Assembly (NCBI RefSeq): GCF_006345805.1
Contig: NC_043002.1
Span: 62,124,001-62,188,000 of the forward strand
Source of the DNA: Octopus sinensis
Lineage: Eukaryota
Length of the DNA: 64,000 nt
Direction of reading: 5' to 3'
Shown here: piece after piece, positions 12,881-24,491 of the stretch
Numbering within the stretch: position 1 is the first letter of the stretch
Layout of the letters: each line of letters begins with the position of its first letter
Made by a program: the position numbers and the translations under genes
The notes under the pieces: model-generated
Databases searched by the model: none
What the model was told of the DNA's origin: nothing
Seen by the model: only the letters and a program-made list of their open reading frames with translations

Positions 12881-13597
12881 TTAAAGGTACTTTCTCTTTT
12901 GTTTAAATGTACACTATTTTATATTGAGAATATGTTGTCTATTGACCTTTTATACATGCTAGGCCACTGGCAGTGAAATTTTTTAAAATATTCACTACCC
13001 TATATATTTTACGTACATATATATATATATCGCTATAAAATAAATGTATTTCATATTTGTTACATTGAGTGATATTAATAAAATATTATCGGTTTCCATG
13101 TATTTATCGATCATATCAAATTTTAAGACCTGAAAGACAAAAATTAGGGAATAAGAAAAAACATGGAAATTAAAATGTTGTTGCTATATTTTATTCATTG
13201 TTAAAAAAATGGGTGAAATTTCATCTTGGAATCTCTTCTGATGTGTGTTGTGTATATAGAGGTCTGGAATGGGTTTCCAGATGTCAAGATTCAGAAATTC
13301 TATTGAATTCAAAAGAAGTCTTCTGCATTCAACTGCAAGTTTATATGAACGTCATGGTTATGTGTGTGTGTTTGTGTGTGTGATAGAAAGGGAGTGAGAG
13401 AGAGAGCGTGGGTATTTTATTTTTCGGGTATGCTGTTGTGAAGAAGTAAAAGAGGGAGAAAGATAGAGAGAGAGAGGCATACCCATGCCTATACATATAC
13501 AGGCGTACACGTCTTTCTTTTCTCTTTCCCTCATTCTCTGTCTTTCTTTCTCTTTCTCTCTCTCTGTACACACACACATATATACTCCTGTTATTTA

Positions 13598-13745
13598 TTT
13601 CAGGCATTTGACTGCGGCCATGCTGGAGCACCGCCTTTAGTCGAGCAAAGAGATAAGCCTAGTAGTTATTATCTCGGTTCCTTTTCGCGAACCGCTATGT
13701 CACGGGGACGGAACACACTAGCATCGGTTGCCAAGCGATGTTTAG
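13598..13745 (-). mobile_element. SINE family A, 3' half
   Basis: ggcatttgactgcggccatgctggagcaccgcctttagtcga..tagcatcggttgccaagcgatg. Confidence 0.8.
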
Positions 13746-13794
13746 GGGAAAAACACTGACACACAAACATATTCATACATTATATATATATATA

Positions 13795-14010
13795 GTGAAT
13801 CCCCAAAAGAACGAAGAAGGAGCATATCAAGAAAAAAAAACAACGTGAGGACCTGGTACATGCAAAGTATTTGCCGACGCTCAGGGAAGGAAAGAAAGGT
13901 GGTTTTACGTTTCGAGCAAAAGTCTTCGTCAGAAACAGGAGAGAGAGGAAAGTCCAAGAGAAAAGGGAGACGGAGACAATAAATCACCAACGACCCACAT
14001 GTGGGTTACA
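13795..14010 (-). mobile_element. PLE-type terminal repeat fragment with minimal hammerhead motif (13900-13936)
   Basis: Minus: guuu-CUGACGA-A-GACUUUUGCUC-GAAACGUA-aaac; homologous to 50503-50708; ends at (TA)n. Confidence 0.6.
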
Positions 14011-14210
14011 TTTTGAAATGTCTTTTGGGATTTACTATTTACCGCACGCTCACACGGACCCCGGCCTTCCGACTGACTTTCGAGTAGTTAAGTCGCGGAA
14101 TTATTTCTACCATCGGATTATATTACCTTGTTCATTCGGAACGTGCCATTTCTGTACCTAGGTCATAATACACACACACACACATACACACTCACACACA
14201 CACACGCGCG

Positions 14211-14247
<37 letters not shown>

Positions 14248-14470
14248 GCATGTATATATACATATGTACTATGTATGTATGTATGTATAGAGATATGTAT
14301 GTATGTATCCATCTGCGTGTATATTGGCGAAAGCGCTAAATAAGTAGTTTTTATCAGCTTTCCTAAATATATAACATTTACACATCACTCATACAATCTA
14401 TACACACTATATACATATGCGTGAATATATATACATATACGTGTGTGTATGCAAATATATATATATATAT

Positions 14471-14542
<72 letters not shown>

Positions 14543-15283
14543 TACATATATATATATATATATATACATATATATACATATGTGTGTGCGTGTGTGTGTT
14601 TGTGTATGTGTGTGAGCGTGTATTATTTACAACGTGTTTCTGTTCTTTTGTTTCTGCGTATATCTACATATGTTCGTATATTTACAGATAAATTTGTTGT
14701 CTATGTATGTATATACTTCCCCGTGTACATGTGTGTCACATTCAAACGAGCTGAATTAACTGACACCATTTACTGTGTCAAGAAATGTCCGTCATCTTTC
14801 GTGTTCTTCTCACCCCTGTGTCGCTGTCTTTCTAACTCTCCCGGCGACGAACATTGACAGGTCTTTCTTCTCCTAATCTGATACACACAACACCAGAGAA
14901 TTAAGTTGTGTCCCAAAAGATGGCTATCTTTTGTCAAGTGAAATGTTATATTTCGTTTTCATTGAACCAACAATATAATGCTAATTATTCATTGCAAAAA
15001 TAACCTCCGAAACATCTATTACATTCTCATTGGTGATTCTTTCTACATTATGCAAACTTCATTCGGTACACATGAATTTCCGAATGTTTACTCCAAAACC
15101 ATTTCATTTCGGCATTTGCACAGATAATGAGAAACGGATATCTTCATCATTTAAATGGTTATACTCTTAATGTATTTCTGATTTGACACTTTAAAAGACA
15201 TGATCTAATAAAATACCTATTCATCAGAAGTTTGTCAATGAAGCATTCATTACATATATGCATAGATTTTTCTATATATGTGT

Positions 15284-15343
<60 letters not shown>

Positions 15344-15472
15344 TGTGTGTGTGTGTGTGTGTGTGCGCGTGTGTGTTTGTATGTCTGTGTCTGTATGTAC
15401 GCGTATGTGTGTGTGTGCCTTTGTATGTGTCTGTGTGTCTGTGTACGTGTGTATACGTATTTATGTACATAT

Positions 15473-15515
<43 letters not shown>

Positions 15516-15874
15516 ATATATGCATGTATATGCATGTATATGAGTGGGTGGTGTGTGTTGTCTTTGTGCGTTGATGCGGTGTATATGCTTGCTGTCGACA
15601 ATATACGCTCAAACATATACATACATGTATGTCAGTATATGAGACGGTATTATATAGCGATGGATTGTCAGATACATTAGAGCTTCAGATAAAATGAATT
15701 TAGCAATAGTTTATGGCCTTTTAATCTTTCCTTGTGTTCAAATTCTGCGTTCCCATTCATCTTTCCTTTGTTGATCAAATTCGAACTCACCAATTATATA
15801 GCGCGATAGGCTCCAAATTTCACTCGCCACCAAAATATTCCTCTTGTTCTATAGAGAAATGATTAAACTAAGTG

Positions 15875-15893
15875 TAACAGCAGCAGCAGCGGA

Positions 15894-15985
<92 letters not shown>

Positions 15986-16010
15986 CGGCAGTAGTAGTAG
16001 CGGCAGTATT
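15875..16010. repeat. (CAG)n-(TAG)n compound microsatellite
   Basis: Direct reading. Confidence 0.95.
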
Positions 16011-16021
16011 TAATTACAATA

Positions 16022-16433
16022 TTGATTCCAAATTTTGGCACAAGGAAAGCAATTTCGTGGTGAGGGTATAAGTCGATTACATCGACCCCCAGAATCCAGC
16101 TGGTACTTCTCTCATCGTTCTCCGAAGGGGTGAAAGGAAGTGTCGACCTCGGCAAAATTTGAACTCAGACCATAAAGACGTAGGAAATACCGCTAGCCGT
16201 TGTGCCCGGTGTTGTAGCGATTCTTTTTAACTCTAGTCACAAGGCCCGCATTTTGGGTGAGGGTTCCAGTCGATTTGATCGACCCTAGTACGCAACTGGT
16301 ACTTAATTTATCGACCTTGAAAGAATGAAATGCATAGTCGACCTCGGCGGAATTTGAACTCAGAACGTAAAGACAGACGAAATGCCGCTAAGCATTTCGC
16401 CTAGCGTTCTAACGATTCTGCTAGCTCCCCGCC
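16022..16433 (-). mobile_element. Two tandem SINE family B copies (16022-16215, 16228-16433)
   Basis: Two successive gtcgacctcggc..aatttgaactcag cores. Confidence 0.85.
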
Positions 16434-16851
16434 TGAGTACTAGTTTTTATATTAGCTGCTGTACCAGTTGCAGAATATTAATCGATCATTACTCAGAATT
16501 TTAAATTTACCAAGTATCCAAAAGATTTCAATATAGAAGTAACATGAAATATTCTATGGAAAAATTCTTAGAATTGAAATTTAACTGGATGACAGAAAAT
16601 GGTTAAAAACTGTTCCAGATAATTATGAATTCATTGCTGTACGTCCATTATAGAATATATTTTTCTAATATAAATACAAGCGCAACTCTGTGGTAAGACG
16701 TTGGTTTCCCACATTTTCTCAGGTTCAGTCACACTGCGTGGCACCTTCGGCACTCGGTAAGAATCCTGCCGTAGAGATGATCTAGGCGAGAAACTGGCTC
16801 TTTATTGGCAAAAAATCTGAACAGCGACATCTATATAAACATACATACGTA

Positions 16852-16985
16852 TACAGGGTGCGTAAGATATTTGAGGATAGATTTATGTTTATAAAAAGAC
16901 AGATATATAATTACAGACAATAACATTATTTATCAAAAATGTTATACATCATCTACATGTTCGAATCGACGCTGCTATGAATGTT
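16852..16985. mobile_element. Possible Tc1-like terminal remnant
   Basis: TA-CAGGGTG start resembles the TIR start of 50726-51593; no partner TIR found. Confidence 0.3.
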
Positions 16986-17859
16986 GCTATTATCAATACT
17001 ATTTCTATTATTATTATTATTATTATATTATTATTATTATTATTATTTATTATTGTATGTAAGGAACTTATGTCAGCATCAAGATGCATCACCCGGGAGT
17101 AGCGACACTGCCCTTAACAATTCCAACCAAACATACAATAATAATAATAATAGAAATAGTATTGATAATAGCAACATTCATAGCAGCGTTGGCATTAACA
17201 ATAGTAATATTAATAATAATATTAGTCGGATTATTAACAGTGGTAGTGTTAGTGGTAATAACGACAGCATTTATAATAACAGTGGTAGTATTGATGATAA
17301 CAACCCCAGCATTCCTATAGTCAGGGAAATTACCGACGATAGTACAATTGATAGTAATGATAATAATATGAATACTATTGTGGTCAATGCTAGCAATAAT
17401 ATTAACAACAATCATAAGAATAAAAACTCCGTCTTAGTCTCGGAGGTAAACCCTAACAGATTAAAGTTCTTATCCAGCAATTCCAAAATTAGAAATTCCA
17501 TTTACCAGCGCAAAATTTCTTCCGGTACCGATGTCTTCTTCTACATTGGGGCAACTACTTCTAAATTAGCCCACAGGATCTCCAACCATTATTCAACTTT
17601 CCGAGATAAGAGAAAACAACACAGCACAGGACTAAGTAAAATAGTTTGGCGTCTTAAGGACAGTAATACAACTTTCAAGCTGGAATGGTCCATATTGTCT
17701 GTATCCTTTCCGTTTGATAAAGGCAGAAACTTTTGTGGCGTCTGTAATTCCGAACTTTTCCATATTTTCTTCGCCAAAGTCCCTTTAATAAATACAATGG
17801 TCGAGAAATCCTATAGATGCATGCACTGGCAAAAACACACCTTTCACTTATATGAATAA
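16981..17859 (+). CDS. PLE GIY-YIG endonuclease domain (the ATG and N-terminus lie in a microsatellite and are probably spurious)
   Basis: IYQRKISSGTDVFFYIGATT..R..NH..F...STGLSK.VW.LKD....F.LEWSI...C..C.SE...I..C.H. Confidence 0.75.
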   Translation: MLLLSILFLLLLLLLYYYYYYYLLLYVRNLCQHQDASPGSSDTALNNSNQTYNNNNNRNSIDNSNIHSSVGINNSNINNNISRIINSGSVSGNNDSIYNNSGSIDDNNPSIPIVREITDDSTIDSNDNNMNTIVVNASNNINNNHKNKNSVLVSEVNPNRLKFLSSNSKIRNSIYQRKISSGTDVFFYIGATTSKLAHRISNHYSTFRDKRKQHSTGLSKIVWRLKDSNTTFKLEWSILSVSFPFDKGRNFCGVCNSELFHIFFAKVPLINTMVEKSYRCMHWQKHTFHLYE

Positions 17860-18545
17860 TGATTAATATAGATAACCTCCTTGAATTTTAATAATATAGT
17901 CCCATTTATATATCGCCCCCATAGTCAATTTTTTATACTCTTAAAGGACTACTACCCAACCCATTGAGGTGTGTTTTACCTTTGTCTCTCTAACTCGCCC
18001 TCCTCTCTCTCTCCCTTTCCGTCTCTCTATCATAAGCACAATCAAACACACAGAGACAAACCTGTCACTTCACCACTGTCTGTTTTTGGCATCTACCCAT
18101 CCACACACATACACACACATAGCCATTAATACAGTTATATACATACACACACATAGGCATTCATTCACAAAAGAAAACAACAAAATCACCATTCATTTGA
18201 CCTGCACCTTTCTACCTTCCTATTCTTAGGTCTCTCTCCTCCAACCTTGTTTGAACCCTTGAACCTTCTAGAATCTTCTACATTCAACCATTTTTGACGT
18301 CACTGCTTATAACGGAATATTTTAAAGAAACACTCATTACCGCTATGGGCTTCGTGTGGGCAGTCATCTAAACGTTTTTATGCATCTTGATGCTGACATA
18401 AGTTCCTTACTTTTCCTGATGAGAAGGCGGCATAATGCACCCCTTATTCCTCCGAAATTAGGAATATGCAGCCTTCGAAACATATGTCGAAAATAAAATA
18501 AAGGAATTTTGATAATTCGTCGTTCAACTCCAATCTTTCATTTAT
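17055..18545 (+). mobile_element. 5'-truncated Penelope-like element: Asn-rich linker, GIY-YIG, 3' repeat with hammerhead
   Basis: GIY-YIG ORF to 17859, C-rich 3' region, canonical hammerhead at 18403-18506; begins right after a (TTA)n tract. Confidence 0.8.
18403..18506 (+). ncRNA. Type I hammerhead ribozyme, fully canonical core, extended stem II
   Basis: uuccuuacuuuuc-CUGAUGA-GAAGGC...GCCUUC-GAAAC-AUAU-GUC-gaaaauaaaauaaaggaa; palindromic ACAUAUGU stem III; predicted cut after 18488. Confidence 0.85.
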
Positions 18546-18923
18546 TTGTATAAAAAACACACACACAAATTTCCACACGATAGCACGTGATCTCTGCCCT
18601 AGGCATGTAGCTTCAACCGTGTTTTTCTGACGTGAATTTGCTACCCAGGTATCGGTTAACCGAATTATCCATAATAAGATAATTCATTCAACTACTCAAT
18701 TATATATATATATATATATATAATATGTGTGTGGGTGTGTGCGTGTGTGTGTGTGTGTGACCTCGTATGTAACGTTGACGATTTTTTCCTCTGTCTTCTC
18801 TTCCATGGAGCTTTCCTTTTCCTATGCTTCAGACGAAGAGATGCTCTCCAAACGTTAAATCTTCCTTTTTCTTTCCTTGTGCCTTTAGTAAAAAGGTTTA
18901 TTATTATTGTTATTATTATTATT

Positions 18924-19505
18924 GAGTGAGAGAGCAGTTCATGCCATCAAAGTGACACTGGGGTAAATTATACGAAGCACAATATACCCATCATGACTAC
19001 CCGTCTGATAAGGGTACACCAGGCACATGCATCACAACCATATGTGCGCAACATGGTGATCTCATATCGAGGTAAACAGCGCACGACCTTGCAGGTGGGA
19101 CCCAGTTAGAATTTTCTTCAGGTCGAGTAGCCCATCCCGCTCAAACGGTCCCGGAATAAGGGTTGTTTAAGGATGTTGAAAGAACCACCCATGTTTCCAG
19201 ATGTGAATTATTCAAACCCCAAAGAATCCCTCTCAACACATGGCAATGATGCTCCCCCACTACTTCTGCTCGTGATCAGAGATGCACATATCGTCAGCCA
19301 CTAAGGGACATGCTCAACTGGTTAAGGTCAAACAACTGACAAGCAAATCTGTGGTATTGAGCAGAATATTTGCTGTAGCCCATCTTTTATACCAAGACAA
19401 AACAACGTACATGATGACACTTCCACTCAGTTAAGATCAGAAGCCATGAGAGCCACTGCCTGGTACTGCATCAGGGCATTCCACTGCCTGGTACTGCATC
19501 AGGGC

Positions 19506-19508
<3 letters not shown>
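18924..19508 (-). mobile_element. TAA-microsatellite-embedded non-coding element, copy 1 (full, with 28-bp end duplication)
   Basis: Homologous to 32509-32985 and 37119-37669; TTA repeats on both sides. Confidence 0.85.
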
Positions 19509-19597
<89 letters not shown>

Positions 19598-19660
19598 AAT
19601 TTATTATCATCATCATCGTCATCGTCTTCATCATCATTGCTGTTGTTGCTGTTGTTGCTT
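19508..19660. repeat. (TTA)(TAG)(CAT)(TTG) compound microsatellite
   Basis: Direct reading. Confidence 0.9.
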
Positions 19661-19799
19661 TTATCTATTTAGTTATTTTTATTTATATACGGGCACAAGC
19701 ACTCCAGTTAGAAATTTAGATGTCATTATACGTATCCAATTTACCATAATTCTCTACAGTTATTAAGTTCCTTCGCTCTCAATACGCAGTAGCTATTTT

Positions 19800-20870
19800 A
19801 AATGTGGCTCTTGGGATGATCAATATGAACTGCAGACAGTAACTTCCTGCTTCTACTAACTAACCTCTTCAATTCACCAAAGTTCTAATACATTACCTTC
19901 TAGCTATAATGTATTTCTGGGCTTGCTGTTGTATTGAGACCTATTATATTATTTCCGACATTATGATCAGTCTTATATATTAGTCTAACTCCTTCCTGTG
20001 TTCGTTATTTTACTATTTCTTATCTTCATCATGCGTTTATTTTGCAATTGACTTTTTAGTTCTGCAGCCGTGTTATTTTTCTAAATTTTCGATCTTCTAT
20101 GCTCATGTCTAGCTAAATATTTTATTTAAAACACTTCAGGGCAATCAAATCGTACAGAAAATGCTGGCTCCCAGATGAAATGTCTACAAATGTTTATATA
20201 CGTTTCCTTGTATTTGGAGTTCGCTTCCCAAGGGTGTTCACGATTTCTTTTATACTTTAATATTACTAAGAGTGGTAGCAATGCTAATAGTAGTTGATGG
20301 TGGTGATTGTGATGGTGATGGTTGTGATGGTGGTGGTTGTGATGGTGGTGATTGTGATGGTGGTGATTGTGATGCTGGTGTTGTGGTGGCGGTTTCATAC
20401 CCAGAACGAACCCTTCCTTTAAAATTGCTTATCTCAGAATACGTCAGCAAATAGGCACTCCGCTTATGATTTTAAAGATTATGCGATTTGAAAATAAATA
20501 GCCTAATATTTTTGTAGACAAGCTACTGTGTTTATATCGATCCTTCATTCTTAATCAATCTTAGGAACTGATTTTCGGCCAGAAATACGAATTCCAGAGA
20601 AACAAGGTCTCCTATCAGTTCTATATCAAATGATTATGTTGTTTATTGTTAATACTGCTGAGGAATTGCTTACCATTGATCGAATTTGTATATGTCAAGG
20701 CCCGTTCTACTTGTGATCCTCCTCATTATATGTTGGACAGCATTACTCAAGCTGCCTATACTTTCTTTCCAATAATACGGCGAGATTTCATTTTTTGTCA
20801 CAACTCCAAGACTACATATAACTTGATCAGCTTACACGAGACTATACTGATGCTTATAATAATTGAGAAC
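19800..20870 (-). pseudogene. Possible highly decayed RTE-like LINE (APE and linker) remnant
   Basis: Stop-riddled frames with LGVVTKNEI.., ELIGDL and KFRKI.RLQ..CK patterns; interrupted by a GGT/GAT repeat. Confidence 0.25.
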
Positions 20871-20939
20871 TAATTACAATTTCGGTAATTGATGAATATA
20901 AACATTCGTTTATATTTTGATGAATGCAAAATGTACAAA

Positions 20940-21163
20940 TTTAAAATTAGTTTTAAATTTTGACACAGAGGCAGTAATATTGGGGAAGGAACTGAGTCAA
21001 TTACACCAATCCTGATGTTCCACTGGTACATATTCTATCGAGCCCGAAAGACTAGAAAGCGAAGTCGACCTTGGTGGAATTTGAACTCAGAACGTACAGA
21101 CGGAGGTAGTAATACAGCTAAGCATCTTGCTTGGTGTGCTACCCATTTCTGCCAGCTAGTTAC
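20940..21163 (-). mobile_element. SINE family B
   Basis: gcgaagtcgaccttggtggaatttgaactcagaacg..ttctgccagctag. Confidence 0.75.
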
Positions 21164-21854
21164 CTTATACAGAATTAAAATATTCAAAGCAGAATGGAGA
21201 TACTGACAAATAATACTTTAAAAAAGGAATATAAAACGTCCTTTATTTTATTCAGACTGTAATGTCACTGTCGTTTTTATACAATTTTGAGGACGTGAAG
21301 TGGTCAACTTAAAGTTCCCTTAGAGCGGAATGACCATGCAGTAGAATGACCATATACCACAGAATGTATTTTGGTATAGTAGTAATGCATACCACAATAG
21401 AATATGTATTCGAATGACGATGTGACAATAATTATGCTTTGGAATAACATTCTAGTAGAAAAATCAAAGTTGCACGAGTATGTAATGGAATAAGAATGCC
21501 AGAATGGAATAAATATTTATTAAAATAACAATGCATTGCAATAATTCTTGAGTAGAACAATTACTTTTGCTACTGCAGGGTAAGTATGTTGCAGTATAAT
21601 TTTTATATAAGAGCAACACCATGTATCCGTAGAACTAATGTCGCTACTGTGGAAGGATTATATATCGCTGAAAGAATTATAATACTTTAAAATACGTATG
21701 CTAGTGTAGAATAGTTATATATTTAAATTAGTCTGTATCAGAATAACTATTTTTGGTACAGCAGAATATCTGTGCATGAAGAAAGTATCGAACTGGTTTA
21801 ATTGAGAATGCACTTTATTTAAAGCATCTCTTGTAAAATGTATACCTGAATTTT

Positions 21855-22250
21855 GGCGTGGCTATGTGGTAAGAAGCTTGCTTACCAATCACATGGTTCC
21901 GGGTTCAGTCCTACTGCATGGTAACTCGGGCAAGTGTCTTCTACTATAGCACCGGGTCGACAAAAACATTGTGAGTGGATTTGTAGACAAAACTGAATAA
22001 GCCCATCGCATATATATGTGTATGTGTGTGTGTGTGTGTGTGTGTGTTTGTGTTTCTGTGTTTGTTCCCCACCATCGCTTGACAACCGATGCTGGTGTGT
22101 TTACGTCCCGGTAAGTTAGCAGTTCAACAAAAGAGACCGATAGAATAAGTACTATGCTTACAAAGAACAAGTACTGGGGTCGATTTTTCAAGTAAATGTG
22201 GTTCTCCAGTATAGCTGCATTCAAATGTCTGAAACAAATAGAAGAGTAAA
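21855..22250 (+). mobile_element. Full-length tRNA-derived SINE family A with internal (TA)/(TG) microsatellite
   Basis: A-box-like tggctatgtgg, B-box-like ggttcagtcc, then gcaagtgtcttctactatagc; 3' half follows the (TG)n. Confidence 0.9.
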
Positions 22251-22574
22251 AAACTAAACGTAACGAAATGTAATGGTTGGCTTCTCAAAATACCAGTTTG
22301 CTGGTTATACGTTGTAGGTCATTATATTCTAATTTCAAAATCTACTGTAATCAAGTGCTTTGTTTTGTACTGGAGCCGACACTTGTGATGGATTTCCTTC
22401 ACGTAAAAATGTCGTTGGCGTTGTAAGGAAATTACAAATTGTTATCTAATCCAATAATTCATTAAATTTTATTTTAACTAATTTCAATTCACCTCTTCTT
22501 AATACTGTATCGCAAAAAATATAAAGTGATGTCATTCTTACAATCGTATGTACTTACCTATACGCGTGAGTACT

Positions 22575-23342
22575 TCACTAAGTATGTAAGAGTACGCCTT
22601 GCGGGATTTCGTTTGTCTTTATGTTGTGTGTTCAAATTCCGCCGTGGTCGACTTAGCCTTTCATCATTTCGGGATCGATAAATTAATTACTAGTTGCGTA
22701 CTATAGTCGATCTTCTAATCAAATGGCCCTCCCCCCAACAAAAAAATATTTCGGGCCTTGTGCTTAGAATAGAAAAGAATATATTAAAGGCAGTGAGCTG
22801 GCAGAATCTGAGTTCTGAGTTCAAATTCCGCTGATGTCGAATTTGCCTTTCATCCTTTCATCCTGGGGTCGATATAATCGACTTAATCCGTTTGTCTGTC
22901 CTTGTTTGTCCTCTCTGTGTTTAGCCCCTTGTGGGTAGTAAATAAATAAGTATTTTGTCTGTCTTTATGTTCTGAGTTCAAATTGCGCGTGGTTGACTTT
23001 GCCTTTCCTCATTTCGGAGTCGATAAATTAAGTACCAGTTGCGTACTGTGGTCGGTCTAATCGACTAGCCTCTCCCCCAAAATTTCGGACTTTGTTCTTT
23101 CAGTAGAAAAGAATATGTATATAAGTATAAAGCGGGTAACTGGTAGAATCTTTAGGACGCCGGGCAAAATGCTTAGCGGTATTTCGTCTATCTTTACGTT
23201 CTAAGTTCAAATTCCGCTGAGGTCGACGTTGCCTGTCATCCTTTCGGCATCGTTAGATTAAGTACCAGTTGCGTCCTGAGGTAGATCTAATGGACTGGCC
23301 CCCTCCCCAAAACTTTTGAGCTAGTGCCTAGAGTACAAAAGA
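22575..23342 (+). mobile_element. Cluster of four head-to-tail SINE family B copies
   Basis: Four successive gttcaaatt(c/g)cgc B-box/core units near 22630, 22820, 22975 and 23205. Confidence 0.85.
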
Positions 23343-23930
23343 ATATGTTTGTAAGTGTGTGCATGCGTATGTGTGTTAATGTGCGCGACAAATTTGTGAA
23401 AAGCATTCACTGGTGACCAGCATCTGCATTCAAGATTCAAACTAACTTTCTGGCACATCCATTCTATTTTATGCAATTCGTTTGTAGTTTCTGTACAAAA
23501 TGTATGACTATAGATCCGATTAGTACAGAACATTTTTAGTAATGCTGGCGAGCGATAGGCTCGAGATTAATGGTTACAGGGAATCTTCTGTGAAATATTC
23601 CTATCATCGAAAATGGACTGGATATTATTTATGTGCCTTCTCTATGTTTTTTGTTTTGCTTTTTCTTCTAGTCATGAGAGAGATGATATATCGCTAGGAA
23701 TTGTGTAGCTCTTCTTTACTAGTGAATATCGCAGAAATCCATAAGTGTAAGAAAAAAAGCAATTTAATAATCAATATATGACAACGCTGAACGTATGTTT
23801 TGTTTTCTTCTCCTTCTACATATATATATATAGATAGCAATATAGCGCTATTTAGAAAATGTAACAGGAAATCTATCTATCTATCTATTTGTATGTATTT
23901 ATGTATGTATATATGTATGCATGTATATAT

Positions 23931-23974
<44 letters not shown>

Positions 23975-23983
23975 ATTATATAT

Positions 23984-24029
<46 letters not shown>

Positions 24030-24030
<1 letters not shown>

Positions 24031-24470
24031 GAAATGGAGTAGGTTCGGTGAAGAATTGTGCGATATTACTTTAAGAGACTTGCTGTGTGAGACCGGATCA
24101 ATGCAAGAAGATACGAAGTAAGCAACAACAAATTTAAAAAATAATAATAAATAAAAAAAAAATAAATAAAAGAAGCGAAAAGAAAGTTGTAGGTTTACTA
24201 TATATTTCTATATTTCGGGGTTATGACCCCTTCTTCAAAGCATATGACAAAACGGGTGTGGAAAAGGTCATCGCTTAGATAGGTTTGGAGGAAGGAGGAA
24301 GACGGAAAAAGAAGGAGGAAGATGGTGACTTATGCGAACTGGAGTTGCTATAGTAACAACTCTTCTTCATGTTCTTGTTTATGGCTGGTCTCCTTTTGTT
24401 TATGGCTGGTCTAATTTTGTTGATACGGTGGGCCACTTTAACGAAGGCCCCATGATTCTGAGGAACAAGG
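24030..24470 (-). mobile_element. Putative PLE-type terminal repeat with degenerate hammerhead (24205-24240)
   Basis: Minus: uUGAAGA-A-GGGG UCAUAA CCCC-GAAAUAUA; pyrimidine-rich upstream, T-rich tail, then (TA)n. Confidence 0.4.
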
Positions 24471-24491
24471 ATATTGAAATATAAATAAAAT

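Noticed and set aside
14030-14160. GC-richer stretch resembling an rRNA fragment
   Set aside because: Could not be matched to any conserved rRNA motif I can recall.
14128-15680. YIYI and THTH ORFs here and throughout the window
   Set aside because: Translations of (TA)n and (CA)n microsatellites.
20660-20830. Minus frame ..RRITSRTGLDIYKFDQW ending at GTAAGC as a prolyl-4-hydroxylase-like exon
   Set aside because: Similarity is marginal, the acceptor is weak, no partner exons were found, and a decayed LINE endonuclease explains it equally well.
21855-21930. tRNA genes
   Set aside because: The A- and B-box heads run directly into SINE bodies and lack a complete cloverleaf.
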